Shown here piece by piece: positions 9,381 through 20,417 of a stretch of 64,000 nt of DNA (the stretch's first letter is position 1; every line of letters begins with the position of its first letter). The stretch is taken from contig JBHGNT010000004.1 in the NCBI GenBank assembly GCA_043228905.1, forward strand, positions 24,428,001-24,492,000. The letters are read 5' to 3'. Below the pieces are notes generated by a model, which searched no databases, was not told where the DNA came from, and worked only from the letters and a program-made list of their open reading frames with translations. The stretch is from Azolla caroliniana. Its lineage: Eukaryota; Plantae; Polypodiophyta. The position numbers were made by a program, and so were the translations under genes.

Positions 9381-11475
9381 GATTTGGGCGAACGGTCATA
9401 AATTGTACAGTTCGTCGTCCATCTTCACTACGGATTTTCGCATAGGCAGAACCATTGTCGAGGACTTTGGTCTCCATCCGTACGGCTGTAATGTATGGTT
9501 GCCCCAGGATTATTGGATAGGTAGATCCTTCCTGCACAAAGAAATGTTGATCTACCTCTATATCACCAATAGTAACCTTTACATTTGGGCATGCACCAAA
9601 TAAATCTTCCGTGACTGATGTGGCAGCTTTTACTCGCCAACCATGTTGAGTATCAATTGGCCATCTACCTTTCCTGTAAAAATCAGCACTCATTATATTT
9701 ATTTCAGAACCATGATCAATAAGTGCCATCACGGGGTCTGGAACATTTCCAATCTTCACATGATGCTCAGTAGTGGCTCTTGCCCAACATTTGAGAGAGT
9801 AATGGCTTCTTACATCTGTTGAATTTATCATTGAGGTTGATGCATGTTGAGAGTCAACAACAATATTGTTTGACTCGTTGCTCACCACTTCATATGCCAC
9901 CTTCGGATTTGTCTCTTTAACCTGCTCATTTACTTGCTTCTTTCTTCGCACAATATCAATTATTTCATCATGAAATTCCTTTTTTGCAATACCTAACACT
10001 TCTCTTAGTGTAAATTCTACTCGACTGTCTAGTATTCTTGTTTCTAAAACTTTCTTTAAATCTGTATCCTTTTCAATATCAGACATTAATTTGAATGAAG
10101 GACCAGATTTACCTTTTTCAACTTTTGCGTCCATCTCTTTTCTTTTGCTTTCTCTTGTTTCATGCTTTTTGGTTGAGCCAATCTCCTCATCCGATCTTTT
10201 CCTTTTTTCTTCCACTATCACCTCATGCTCTTGGTGTTTTGCCATTTGAGCATAGACTGTCATAACATCTACTGGAACATCCCATCCAGTGTTTTTCCTC
10301 ACAGAATCTCCGGCAACACGAAGGTCTTCCATCTTCATCTTTTGTTTTTGTGCGGTACTTACAACCTTCTCCCAGAATGGTGATCGGGATGGCATGTCAT
10401 CGAGACGCACCCCTGCCGTTGCCGAGTAGTACATTGCGGAAGCCTTCTTTGCTTCAGCTTCTTCAAATTTAACCTTAACACCACCATCACCAAAGTTCTT
10501 TGTAAGCAGAGATCTAGTTTCAGTTAAGTAAATGTTACCATTTTTCCAATAGACCAAGTCTCGATTCTCCATGTCTTTATATTCTTCACAATCACGTAGA
10601 CGATGGTCGAGACTATCACACCACATGCATCGAGGTCGAAATGGTTCCCTTGACCTCGAAGTCTGACCATTCTCAAGCTTTGCCACTTTAATTGTTAGAT
10701 CTTTCATACTTTGAACTAAATCATCAAGCAAAAACTCACTCTTAGTTCCCGTCATTTCTCGTGGTTGATGGACCATTTCGTGTGATGGTTCTCGACCAAG
10801 TCTTTGAACTTCGATGTTTTGCTCAAGCCGATTTGTGTTTCCCACATGTGGTATTTGTAGCATTACACCATTCCTTTGCATTCTTTTCATAAATTTATTA
10901 CAAGCATTTGTTACCTCATTCCAATCTGTCGTTATACCATCCTCGGTATTTGGCACTTCAAGCATAAATTCCAATTCTTTTCTATATCTCTTGTCAACTG
11001 CCTGCAAAAATAAAGCAACCTTTTGCCAAGACAAAGAATTTCTTTCTTCTGGCTTTAGGTGTCCATACATCCTATCAAACTCTCTTTTTGTGTCAGACAC
11101 AGATAACCCTTTATCTTCTTTTAAGATCCATTCATGAAATGAACGCATAGTAACTCGAGAGAAATCCTCACGAGCATATTCAGACACAAGTGCTTCTTTG
11201 AATGCATTCCAATCCAAACTATGCAATGCTTGTATTTCATGAATTCTATCTCTTAATTCCATGTCCACTAATTTATAAAAGTTTGCTATCATATTGACAT
11301 CATTTATACCAAACATTTCCATTTCATCATAATATATATTCACATACTTCGAAATATTTGTGCCATCAAACATACCAATCTTCTCTCGGACTTCTCGTAA
11401 GGCATGAAATAATCGATCTTGATTCAACTTTTTAATAAACAACATTACCGGATCCATTGTACTCGTACTTGCCAT
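9301..11475 (-). CDS. gag: gypsy-1 Gag-protease (ORF1)
   Basis: 724-aa intact ORF with zinc knuckle CMWCDSLDHRLRDC, aspartic protease motif ALIDHGSEIN and IILGQPY. Confidence 0.9.
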   Translation of the reverse strand: MASTSTMDPVMLFIKKLNQDRLFHALREVREKIGMFDGTNISKYVNIYYDEMEMFGINDVNMIANFYKLVDMELRDRIHEIQALHSLDWNAFKEALVSEYAREDFSRVTMRSFHEWILKEDKGLSVSDTKREFDRMYGHLKPEERNSLSWQKVALFLQAVDKRYRKELEFMLEVPNTEDGITTDWNEVTNACNKFMKRMQRNGVMLQIPHVGNTNRLEQNIEVQRLGREPSHEMVHQPREMTGTKSEFLLDDLVQSMKDLTIKVAKLENGQTSRSREPFRPRCMWCDSLDHRLRDCEEYKDMENRDLVYWKNGNIYLTETRSLLTKNFGDGGVKVKFEEAEAKKASAMYYSATAGVRLDDMPSRSPFWEKVVSTAQKQKMKMEDLRVAGDSVRKNTGWDVPVDVMTVYAQMAKHQEHEVIVEEKRKRSDEEIGSTKKHETRESKRKEMDAKVEKGKSGPSFKLMSDIEKDTDLKKVLETRILDSRVEFTLREVLGIAKKEFHDEIIDIVRRKKQVNEQVKETNPKVAYEVVSNESNNIVVDSQHASTSMINSTDVRSHYSLKCWARATTEHHVKIGNVPDPVMALIDHGSEINIMSADFYRKGRWPIDTQHGWRVKAATSVTEDLFGACPNVKVTIGDIEVDQHFFVQEGSTYPIILGQPYITAVRMETKVLDNGSAYAKIRSEDGRRTVQFMTVRPNHERNKQELRDHSIPKDCDDFDNQVFD

Positions 11476-11519
11476 GTTGATGTTGATCTTTACTTTAGAT
11501 GTCTCTTCTACTTCCCCGT

Positions 11520-11537
11520 TTCACGTCGGGTTCACCA
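11520..11537 (-). other. Primer binding site complementary to tRNA-Trp 3' end
   Basis: TGGTGAACCCGACGTGAA matches the recalled plant tRNA-Trp 3' end ...TTCACGTCGGGTTCACCA. It sits 5 nt from the 5' LTR. Confidence 0.8.
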
Positions 11538-11542
11538 AATTG

Positions 11543-12631
11543 TGTCGTGGCGTGGCTCGCCTAGAAGCGTAGCGTTGCGTAGACAAAAGATATCGTGAAA
11601 GTGAGGAAGGAATCACTGGGATTATGGACGGAAGAGACGAAAGGGTAGAGATAGATAAATAGTGATCAACAAGATATGACAAGATAGGATATAGAATGAT
11701 ATTTGAAGCAATAAAAGAGATTTATAATTATTTGATGAAAGAGTTACAAAAGTGGTTGTTCACGTCGTTGAACCTCCGAACTTTGTCTTGCAAGGTAATC
11801 GCTCTTCTCTTTCTTGATCGTCGACCACTACAATCTTCACTTCAATATTTTAATGAAGATAAGGCTCGAACCGCCTCCCTCTTGTTGAGAGTTGACCACC
11901 ACGACCGCCAAGCTAGAGCTCCACCTTTCTCTTGAACTTCTTCCTTTCTTTCTCTATTTTATGGTATCTCTTATGTAATACATAATTTGATTGATATCTC
12001 ATACATATCCCCCTTTGATCTTCTCTTTCACCATTTAAATAGGTGCCCCCATGCATATGATGCATTGGAGGGTACAAATCATGCATGTAGTGCATGAAAT
12101 GCATGTGATGCATGATCGCCATTTGGCATTCATGCATTACATGTGATGCATGATAAACATCTCGCTCATTTGAGCTTTTATGTATGAAACAATATATGCA
12201 ATAACAATAAACATGAAAACATAATCTTAAAGAGAAAGGGCCTAGCCTAATGGTAGGTGTGTTGACTTTAGTGTATGAGGTTGTGGGTTCGAGTCTCAAA
12301 ATACTATTGAATACAACATGCAACTTTATTTTTATATCATGAAGCAAATCCTTTATGTAATATAAAGTATATATAAAGTATGCTTTATTTTCTGAATATT
12401 ATTAGTGTAGAGTAAATGGTAAGATTTGAGAGTCATAGGGTGGGCTTATTGGTTCAAGTCCTCTCTTGTTCGTGTAATATAATATATTTATATATATATA
12501 TATATATTATTTTTCTTTACATATATATAATATTATCATATGTGTTGTTATAAAACATTATCAAATGTTATTTTAGTTACGTATTTATCTTATTGTAGAC
12601 TTTTAATGTGAAGCTTTCGTACTTCACGACA
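11543..12631 (-). repeat. 5' LTR of gypsy-1 (1089 bp)
   Basis: Duplicate of 4720-5806 with a 2-nt (TA)n length difference. Confidence 0.95.
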
Positions 12632-12635
12632 GCGG

Positions 12636-14353
12636 CAGTACTCCTCGAACTGCCCCCGGTATTCTCCTCCGTTATCTGCTCGAACTGCCTTCAGCTTCCG
12701 GCCGGTTTCTCTTTCCACTCTTGCGTGGAGCTCTTTGAAGACGGATAACACCTGATCCTTCATCTTCAACGGTGTGGCCCACAGCTTCCGGTTGTGGTCA
12801 TCTATGAACGTCATGAAGTACTGCGCTCCGGCATGTGACTTCGTGTCTACTTGACACACATCCGTATGCACCAACTCCAGTGGTGCATTACGTCTCATCG
12901 GTGGCCTTGGTCGGAAAGAGGTCCGGTTTTGCTTACCGGCCAAACAATCAGTGCACTTCTCCAAGTGCACGTTCTTCACTGGAATGAGGTTGTTGTCTGC
13001 AAGCCTCTTCATCCCCTTCTCGCTCATATGACACAGCCTCTTGTGCCACAACTCACCGGCAGTGTCAGATGCCATGTTCACTTCTTCCGGACATAACCGG
13101 GCACTCATCAGGTACAATGTGTTGACCTTCCGGGCCCGAGCCACAATTAGGTTCCCTTTGCTGAACTTCATGACACCATTTCGGATGCTACCCGTGTAGC
13201 CTTCATCGTCTAGCCGACCGGCTGATATCAGGTTCAGACGAACCTCCGGAACGTGTCGGACATCCTTCAGCAGCAACTTGCATCCGGTTGGTGTTGACAG
13301 CCACAAGTCTCCTATGCCGACAATTCGGCATGTGCCTTCATTCCCCATCCGGACACAGCCGTGATCACCGGCTGAGTAGGATGAGAAGCATTTTCAGTTC
13401 GGGGTAAGGTGGAACGATGCTCCAGAGTCTACCACCCAGGTCATCTCGTCGCCGGCAAGGTTTATCTCACTCTCCTCGGTGATGAGCATCAACTCTTCTT
13501 CACTTGCCGCGATTGTCGTTGTTCCCTTCTGATCCGGCCCCCTCCGGTCTTTACCGTTCCAGTCCGGGGTCCGCTTCGAATCGGTACCGTCGGTCTCCTT
13601 ATCTTTTCGGAAATGCCGACAGTTCTTTTGGAAGTGTCCCGGCTTGCCGCAATAGAAGCAAGTGGGCCTCCCCCTTGACTTTGACCGTGTCCCCGACTTC
13701 TGCCGGTTCTGGGGACTACAGTTTCTATGTCTTCCGCGTTCCGATTCGGTAAGGAGCGCTTTGGAGTCGGAGCTCGTATCCTTATCTTTCCGACGCGCCT
13801 CCTCATCTAGCAAGCTCGACTTTACTCTTGCTAGGGATAACCGTTTTCCTTCCGGCCCGGCGTTGCCCAAAGTGACAACCAATGTCTCCCAGCTATCCGG
13901 GAAGGAACCGAGCAGGAGTAGTGCTAGTACCTCATCGGCGAGAGGTACTTCCAATGAAGTTGCCTAGTGGATCAGCCCCTGGAAGGCATTCATGTGCTCC
14001 GCCATGCTAGAGCCATCTTGGTACCGGAGTCTTACTAGCTTCTGGAATACCGAAACCTGATTAACAACATTTTTGTTTTGAAACATTATGCTGATCTTCT
14101 CCCAGAGCTCATGAGCTTTGCTCTCTTCATTGAAGTTGTTGTACAGGCTCATGTCGATGAAGCACCGTATGTACGCCATTGTCTTCATGTGCATCACCTC
14201 CCATATCGCGGCGTCGATTTTGTCCGACCTCTTGTCCCCGAACTGAATCGGCAGCCAGAGGTCTTTAACCACGAGCATGTCCCTCATCTTCGACTTCCAC
14301 ACTGAATAGTTGGAGCCGGTGAGCTTGAACATGCCGCCAAATGATTTGTCCAT
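12636..14353 (-). pseudogene. copia-1 gag, protease and integrase N-terminal part with in-frame stops
   Basis: MDKSFGGMFKLTGSNYSVWK start, CFYCGKPGHFQKNC knuckle, WVVDSGASFH protease, LWHKRLCH..CTDC, VHTDV and ADNGGEY. Confidence 0.92.
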
Positions 14354-14368
14354 TTTTTGTGTCGTTTT

Positions 14369-14380
14369 GCTCTGATACCA
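14369..14380 (-). other. Primer binding site, tRNA-iMet
   Basis: TGGTATCAGAGC, 2 nt inside the 5' LTR boundary. Confidence 0.93.
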
Positions 14381-14382
14381 CT

Positions 14383-15141
14383 TGTCGAGAACTGAACGCT
14401 CCCTATACGCAACGCTCGGCCACAACCAAGCTTAGATTCATGCACAGAAAATGGGAAATAAAGAACGACACAAAGGAGAGAAAAGGTACACAAGATGTTT
14501 ACGTGGAAAACCCAAACTAAGGGAAAAAACCACGGCAGCCCACAGGCTGCAAACTATCACTATGTTGGAATGTACAAACAGTGAGTTCACGGAGGCAACG
14601 ACCTCGTGCTCACGATCTTCGCCACAGGCGGCGGTTACAACAGAGGCAACGATCTCTTTCTCTCTTTCTCTCTCTCTCTCTCTGTATACTGTTACGCGCT
14701 CTAATCTCGTGCAAAACAAGAATGACAACGACAACTCTCACTAAAGGTTTGCCCCAAGTCATATTTATACTAATATGACTTTTCGGCTATTTACAAATAT
14801 AGCCTCGATGGACTCTTAGAAACATATTTACGAATATGTCTCTTCATCCGGTTCTCACCGGGTCTGCACCATCCGGTTCTCCGTAGCCGAGTACTCCTCA
14901 TCCGGTCTTCACCGGGTCTGTATCATCCGGCTCTCCGTAGCCGGGTACTCCTCATCCGGTTCATACCGGGACTGCACCATCCGGTTCTCCGTAGCCGGGT
15001 ACTCCTCATCCGGTCTTCACCGGGTCTGTATCATCCGGCTCTCCATAGTCGGGTACTCCTCATACGGTTTTGGCCTCGGCCGAGTTTGTTCATCGACACT
15101 GTTCTTCTCCCTTCCCATCCGGAGGGACCTGTCTCCCAACA
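14383..15141 (-). repeat. 5' LTR of copia-1 (759 bp; four 54-bp units at 14840-15055)
   Basis: Duplicate of 1566-2380 lacking one 54-bp unit and 2 nt of the (CT)n tract. Confidence 0.95.
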
Positions 15142-15559
15142 CAATCTTCCATGAACTTCCTTATTGGAACCACTTATTTATCATTTATATTCTTGATCTA
15201 ATGCATACTTTTAAGAATATTGCATGTTAAATGAATGATCATGTAATTGGGAAACACAAGCATCGAAGTGTACTAGAAGGCTTATAAGCTATACATTTGA
15301 GCCAAGAGTTCATAGATCAATGAGGATGGAAATTTGCCTCAAGCTTCTTGGGCCTTACTGAAGGTTGTTTGGATTGAGGCCAAAGATGATCAATTTGTGA
15401 GCATCTTCTTCTTCTTTATTTTTAAAAGATATCCTGTCACTAGTGTAAACATTTTGCAAGATTTTAAACTCTTAGATGTGATCGGCGGGGGAAACAACCA
15501 TATCAGAGGTTGAAAATGCCAATAAGGAGTGTCGTAATTGGATGTCATGAATGGAGTAG

Positions 15560-18500
15560 CTGTCCAGATGATAAGAAACTCAAGCCATTGAACAATTTTA
15601 GCATAAGAATCTCCAACTATACTATCCTATTGACCCTTCAAAGTATGAACTATGTATAACCAAATATTTGAAACCAATTAAGCTTGTGATGTTTTAAGTT
15701 GATGGAAAATGAGAGACCACCGAGCCTTCCAGATGCGATATACAGTGGTACTACTCAGTATCTCCCATACTTGTTCGACTTCCTTTCGTATTCCTGAAAA
15801 CTGTAATGACAACAATGGTAATGACATTGTATGAACACTTCCAGATTTAGTGTAAAATCCATGGTCCATAGATTCAATGTCATAATGGAACGCATGACAG
15901 ACAAGTGATGTCCAAACCACCATGTCCCAAGTGAAAACCAATGGGGGAAAATAGTTAGCAAAAATTCTAAGGAGATGTTGCGATATCAACTGAGACTCGA
16001 TGCATTCCCATAAACAATGTTAAATTTGAGTTTCCATTTGTAAATGGCATCGAGCACAACCAGAAGATACTCCCATCCTATGCAAGCATGTGCCAACTGG
16101 CTCAATGTACAAGTAACCATTGTATATGCAATATTTGGTGTGGTTGTTTTCTTGCCCATAAGATAACCTAGAAATTTGCAAGGAATTGAGGAGTAATACC
16201 TTGTTGATTCCAATATTGAAATGCAATTGGTAACACATCCCACGTATCTGAAAGCACATGTCTTCCCATATGTACAGAATATTGGAAGAAATTGAACTTG
16301 TGACTTGTAAAAGGATCTGTCCACTGATAATCAATTGGGTCCCAATCTAATTTGAATACCGGTTTTTTAGCCAACACCCACAACCTCCAATGTGCCCTTA
16401 TTTCCTCTATCATTGGATCAATATACCATTTACGACCGGCATATCCGATGACCATTATCTTGTGTTCAATAGCATAAGGGTAATCTATCACCATTTCCCA
16501 TGATGGAGACAATTGGTTTGTTTCATCCACCTCAAAAAATTGGTAGGTCTTATCATATGAATACCCCTTAACATCCAAGAGTACTTCCAATCTTGAAAAA
16601 ACCCAACACATATATGGTTAGAGTTATTGGGTGGTATGGGGAGTCTACTCATAGCTTCCTGAATTTGTTGATACATTATTTGACCGCCATGCACATTACC
16701 TAGGATTCCTTTTGAATCCCATGAACGTGATAAAAATTCTTGCCAAGTCCGAACTGTTTTCACAAGACCTTCTGTCATTTTTCCCCACGATAACCGTTGT
16801 CTAGAACCCATCACTAAACCATCTGAGGTTGTAAACAACGGGTTCCAGACTATCCTTTGTCTGAGATAATCAAGATAATGTTTGGGGTTGGGTTTATTGC
16901 GGAGCAAACCAGGTAATACTTGTTTCCATGATGAAAATAATGTCCTAATATATTTGTCTTCCCATCACTAGTTGAAGGTACTCGGAAATTTTCCTTAAAT
17001 ATCCAATTTACATCCTTCGATTAGGGGGCATCTAAGCGAGGAGAGAAATCTGAACAATGGTCAAGTAATAATACTTTCCATATGTCTTGCCCCAGCGTAA
17101 ATCCTCTAATGAGCAACTTACTTAACAATGCTCTTGATTGATTTATTGGATCAATAATACCTAATCCTCCTTTAGAACGAGGTAAGGTAATAACATCCCA
17201 TTTCACTTTAGATTGAACATTGCCTTCTGTTTTACCAGACCACAAGAAATTACGAATCAGTTTATGTATTTTCAGAATACATGACTTGGAGAATATCCAA
17301 CATGACAGAACATACCATGTTGAAGCCAATAAAACGTGATTGGCAACTACAATCCGGCCAGCAAAAGATAACTTGGCTGACCTCCATAATAACAACTTTT
17401 TCCGCAATGACAATCGGAGGGGTGCCACTTGATTTTCCATTGAAAGATCAATACCTATCGTACATCCTAGGTACAAAATTGGGCAACCTAATGGTATCCA
17501 CTAAAATTGCATAGCTACATCCCCCACCCAAAATGCAAAGGACTTGTTCCAATTGACCAGTGCACCTGAAGCCTTGCAGAATGTGGATATGGCCAATTTT
17601 GTTTTTTGGAGATTTTCCGAATCACCTTTAAGTATAGGGCAGTGGCATCTGCAAATTCAACATCCCTTACTTTTATATTTGAGAGTGGGATGCATAGTCC
17701 ACATATACCAATATCACCAACATTCAAAAAAGAAATCATTGGCTCAGCAAAAAACAAAAACGGGAAGGAAGCCAAAGGACAACCCTGACGAATTGACCGA
17801 GAAATAGAAAACAAAGGGCCATAATTCCTAGCCAGTAAGAGTCGGCTTTGTGCAGAATTATATAATGAAGAAATACCTCTTATCCATTGTTTTGAGAAAC
17901 CAAAATGAGCCAATACAACTTGTATAAATTCCTAGTCAACACAATCGTAAGCTTTCTCAAAATCAAGCATAACAATGGCCAACTTTTGATTAGATTTGGC
18001 TGCCAAGGCAACAAAATTCCCAAAATGTATAAACATTATCCAAAATGCTCCTTTCTCAAATGAATCTTGTTTGAGTCAGATGTATAATTGTAGGCATCAT
18101 AGTACTAAGTCGTATACTAATTGTTTTATCTAGGATTTTATACATTGTATTCAGTAGTGTAATCAGACGCCATTTCTTGATGTCCAGTGAAGGACCGTCT
18201 GATTTAAGGATAAGGTAAATTAGTCCTTCTGTAAAATGTGAAGGCATATTACCCTCTTGAAGAATTTGTTGGAATGTTATACATCAATATGCTTTAAACA
18301 AGTCCCAATATTTAATGAAGAATGTTGGGGTTAGACCATCCATACCTAGACAACAATTTTTAGGCAAAGCTTGAAGTGCTTCACTCAATTCATCATAAGT
18401 AAGAGCATCCTAAAGACGCACATTCATATTTTGTGTTATTCTTGAATTCAACTTATTCCATACACAGGACCAACTTATTAAATCCTATCGGAAAAGGAAA

Positions 18501-19000
18501 CAACTGACAATAAGTTGGAATAGTATCGTGTGGCTATTTCTCTCATCACTTGAGGGTTAGATGAGATAGTCCCATTCTCATTTTGTAGTTGTTTGAGACC
18601 ATAATTCAATCACTTATAATGAAAAACTATTGTCTAACAACTGATTTTTTGGAATCTTCATATTGGAGAATTCTTTAAGGTTTTGAGTCAAGACTTAAAG
18701 AATAACTGGAGCATGATCAGAGAAGGTGATTCCTGGCATTATATGTATTGTACCAGTTGTTGAAAGATATTTGCAAGATAAGTAGAATCTATCCGGGCTA
18801 GATAAATTAGTAACATTTACATGCCTATCTGATCTTGAAAACAAAAGTGAGGTGTTTGTATGAACCATCAAAGGAGCGCGCCAAGCATCTAATATTTGTA
18901 AGGAAAACACCAATTGTTCCCACATTGCTAATTCATGGCCATGTATCGTGGTTGAGCTACATCCCATTCTATCAAAACATGTCCTAGTGTTCCAGAACAT
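15560..19000 (-). mobile_element. Degenerate LINE (L1/Tx1-like) ORF2: endonuclease, RT and C-terminal zinc finger
   Basis: Fragments read FSDHAPVIL (APE), KKWRLITLLNTMYKIL, RQGCPL, EFADAT, YLG, LPRSKGGLGI and CARC..ET. Many stops and frameshifts; boundaries approximate. Confidence 0.85.
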
Positions 19001-20417
19001 GTCCTAGTGTTCCAGATAGAATAGAACCATAACAAGAAATTCTAAAAGTATTTAAATGATGTTCTTGTACAAAAAGAAAATCTAGGGATCCTCCACCCAC
19101 TACGCATTTGTTAATTTCTTGATGGAGACGATGTTTGTATCATTTATATAAGGGCCCCCCTAACCCCTGAGCATTTCATGACATCACTCGCATTTAAGGA
19201 AACTTAGGTTGTTGTGTCGCCATTTTCATGTTTTTCGCTAATAGCTCCAAATTGACCTCATTGCCATCTTGCTCACCACCATCTTGCTCACCACTTAGCG
19301 AACATGATAAAGGTATCACATCATGTACCTTGTGAGCATCTTCTTGATTTGTATGACGTTTAGGATGTAAGGTGTGTTGAGCACCTCTCTCATTCTCACT
19401 CTTTGATCGTCCACAACCTCATGTGCGCATGCACTCTCAATTCCCATTATCTCAAAGGGAAGAGATCCCATCTCACATAGTACAAACATGAATGTCAATT
19501 ATATATTGACTCGAACAAGCTTCCTTAGCAAGAAATCTTAGATGATCATATTATAGGACTTGAAGGTAAAGTATGATCCATGGGAACAAATCGTCACATT
19601 TTCCTTAGCATGTAGTAGTGAGTCTCAAAATTCAAATTGAGACTACGCAATCTAAGAGATAAACTGCATGTAGGTATAGATTCAAGCTGAAAACATGAGG
19701 ACCAAAATCAAAAGTGATCACACATTGTATTGCAATAGCATGATGGCCACTAACTCACTAACCTAGTGAAGACAGCCCAATGAGTCTCCTCACCTATGCC
19801 CTAACACCCTCATTCCACCTCAAAGAGAATGTGAGATGGAGGAAGTAATGGTGCAGATCATTATGAGTCGTATGAAAGGGGATGGGACAAGGAAACACTC
19901 AAGAGGCCAACAAAACAAATGTAACCGCACATCAGTACAATGTTCATTAGCGGTGACAACCCAAGAGCACCTAAACCTTCAGAGCACACTTGACTCATAC
20001 AATTCTAGAATTGGTTGCACAAGGAAGTAGGACCAACACAGATCTCTAACAATTCAGATGTAAGCCTACATAATTATTTGGAAATGGAGGATCCATCCCT
20101 CCATTGTGGGTGAAGAATCCCACATAGCAACTTGTAGTTGCTCCAGAGGATGCCAATGGGGTCCTTTCGTTTGAATGAATCGCCGCCCCAAGTTGGTTAG
20201 GTGAGGCCAGAAGTTCGTGTTCAAACCCCGCTATCCCATCATGTGGTCATTGAGTAAGTTAGTGAGATTTGAACCCAAATGCATTACTTTGGGCAAGATT
20301 GAGGCAAACTTAGTAGATAGTAAGGAGATTAAAAGAAGCTTGTATTTCTTGTAGAATGAAGAGGGAACACTTACATCATGGAGTGATATTACAAATGAAC
20401 ATAGTTTTGTTGCTCAA

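Larger units (their letters stand above)
4720..12631 (-). mobile_element. Young non-chromoviral Ty3/gypsy LTR retrotransposon (gypsy-1) with intact ORFs
   Basis: LTRs 4720-5806 and 11543-12631 (TGTCGTG..CACGACA) differ at only a handful of sites. 4-bp TSD GCGG at 4716-4719 and 12632-12635. Removing the element plus one TSD restores the host frame EEYCRSKGI. Confidence 0.97.
1566..15141 (-). mobile_element. Full-length Ty1/copia LTR retrotransposon (Tork/Tnt1-like), interrupted by a nested gypsy element
   Basis: Paired TG..CA LTRs 1566-2380 and 14383-15141. 5-bp TSD CAATC at 1561-1565 and 15142-15146. tRNA-iMet PBS, PPT, and gag-PR-INT-RT-RH domain order. Confidence 0.97.

Noticed and set aside
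20185-20240. Possible tRNA-derived SINE head (AGTTGGTTAGG...GTTCAAACCCC)
   Set aside because: A-B spacing is too short and no tail or TSD is identifiable.
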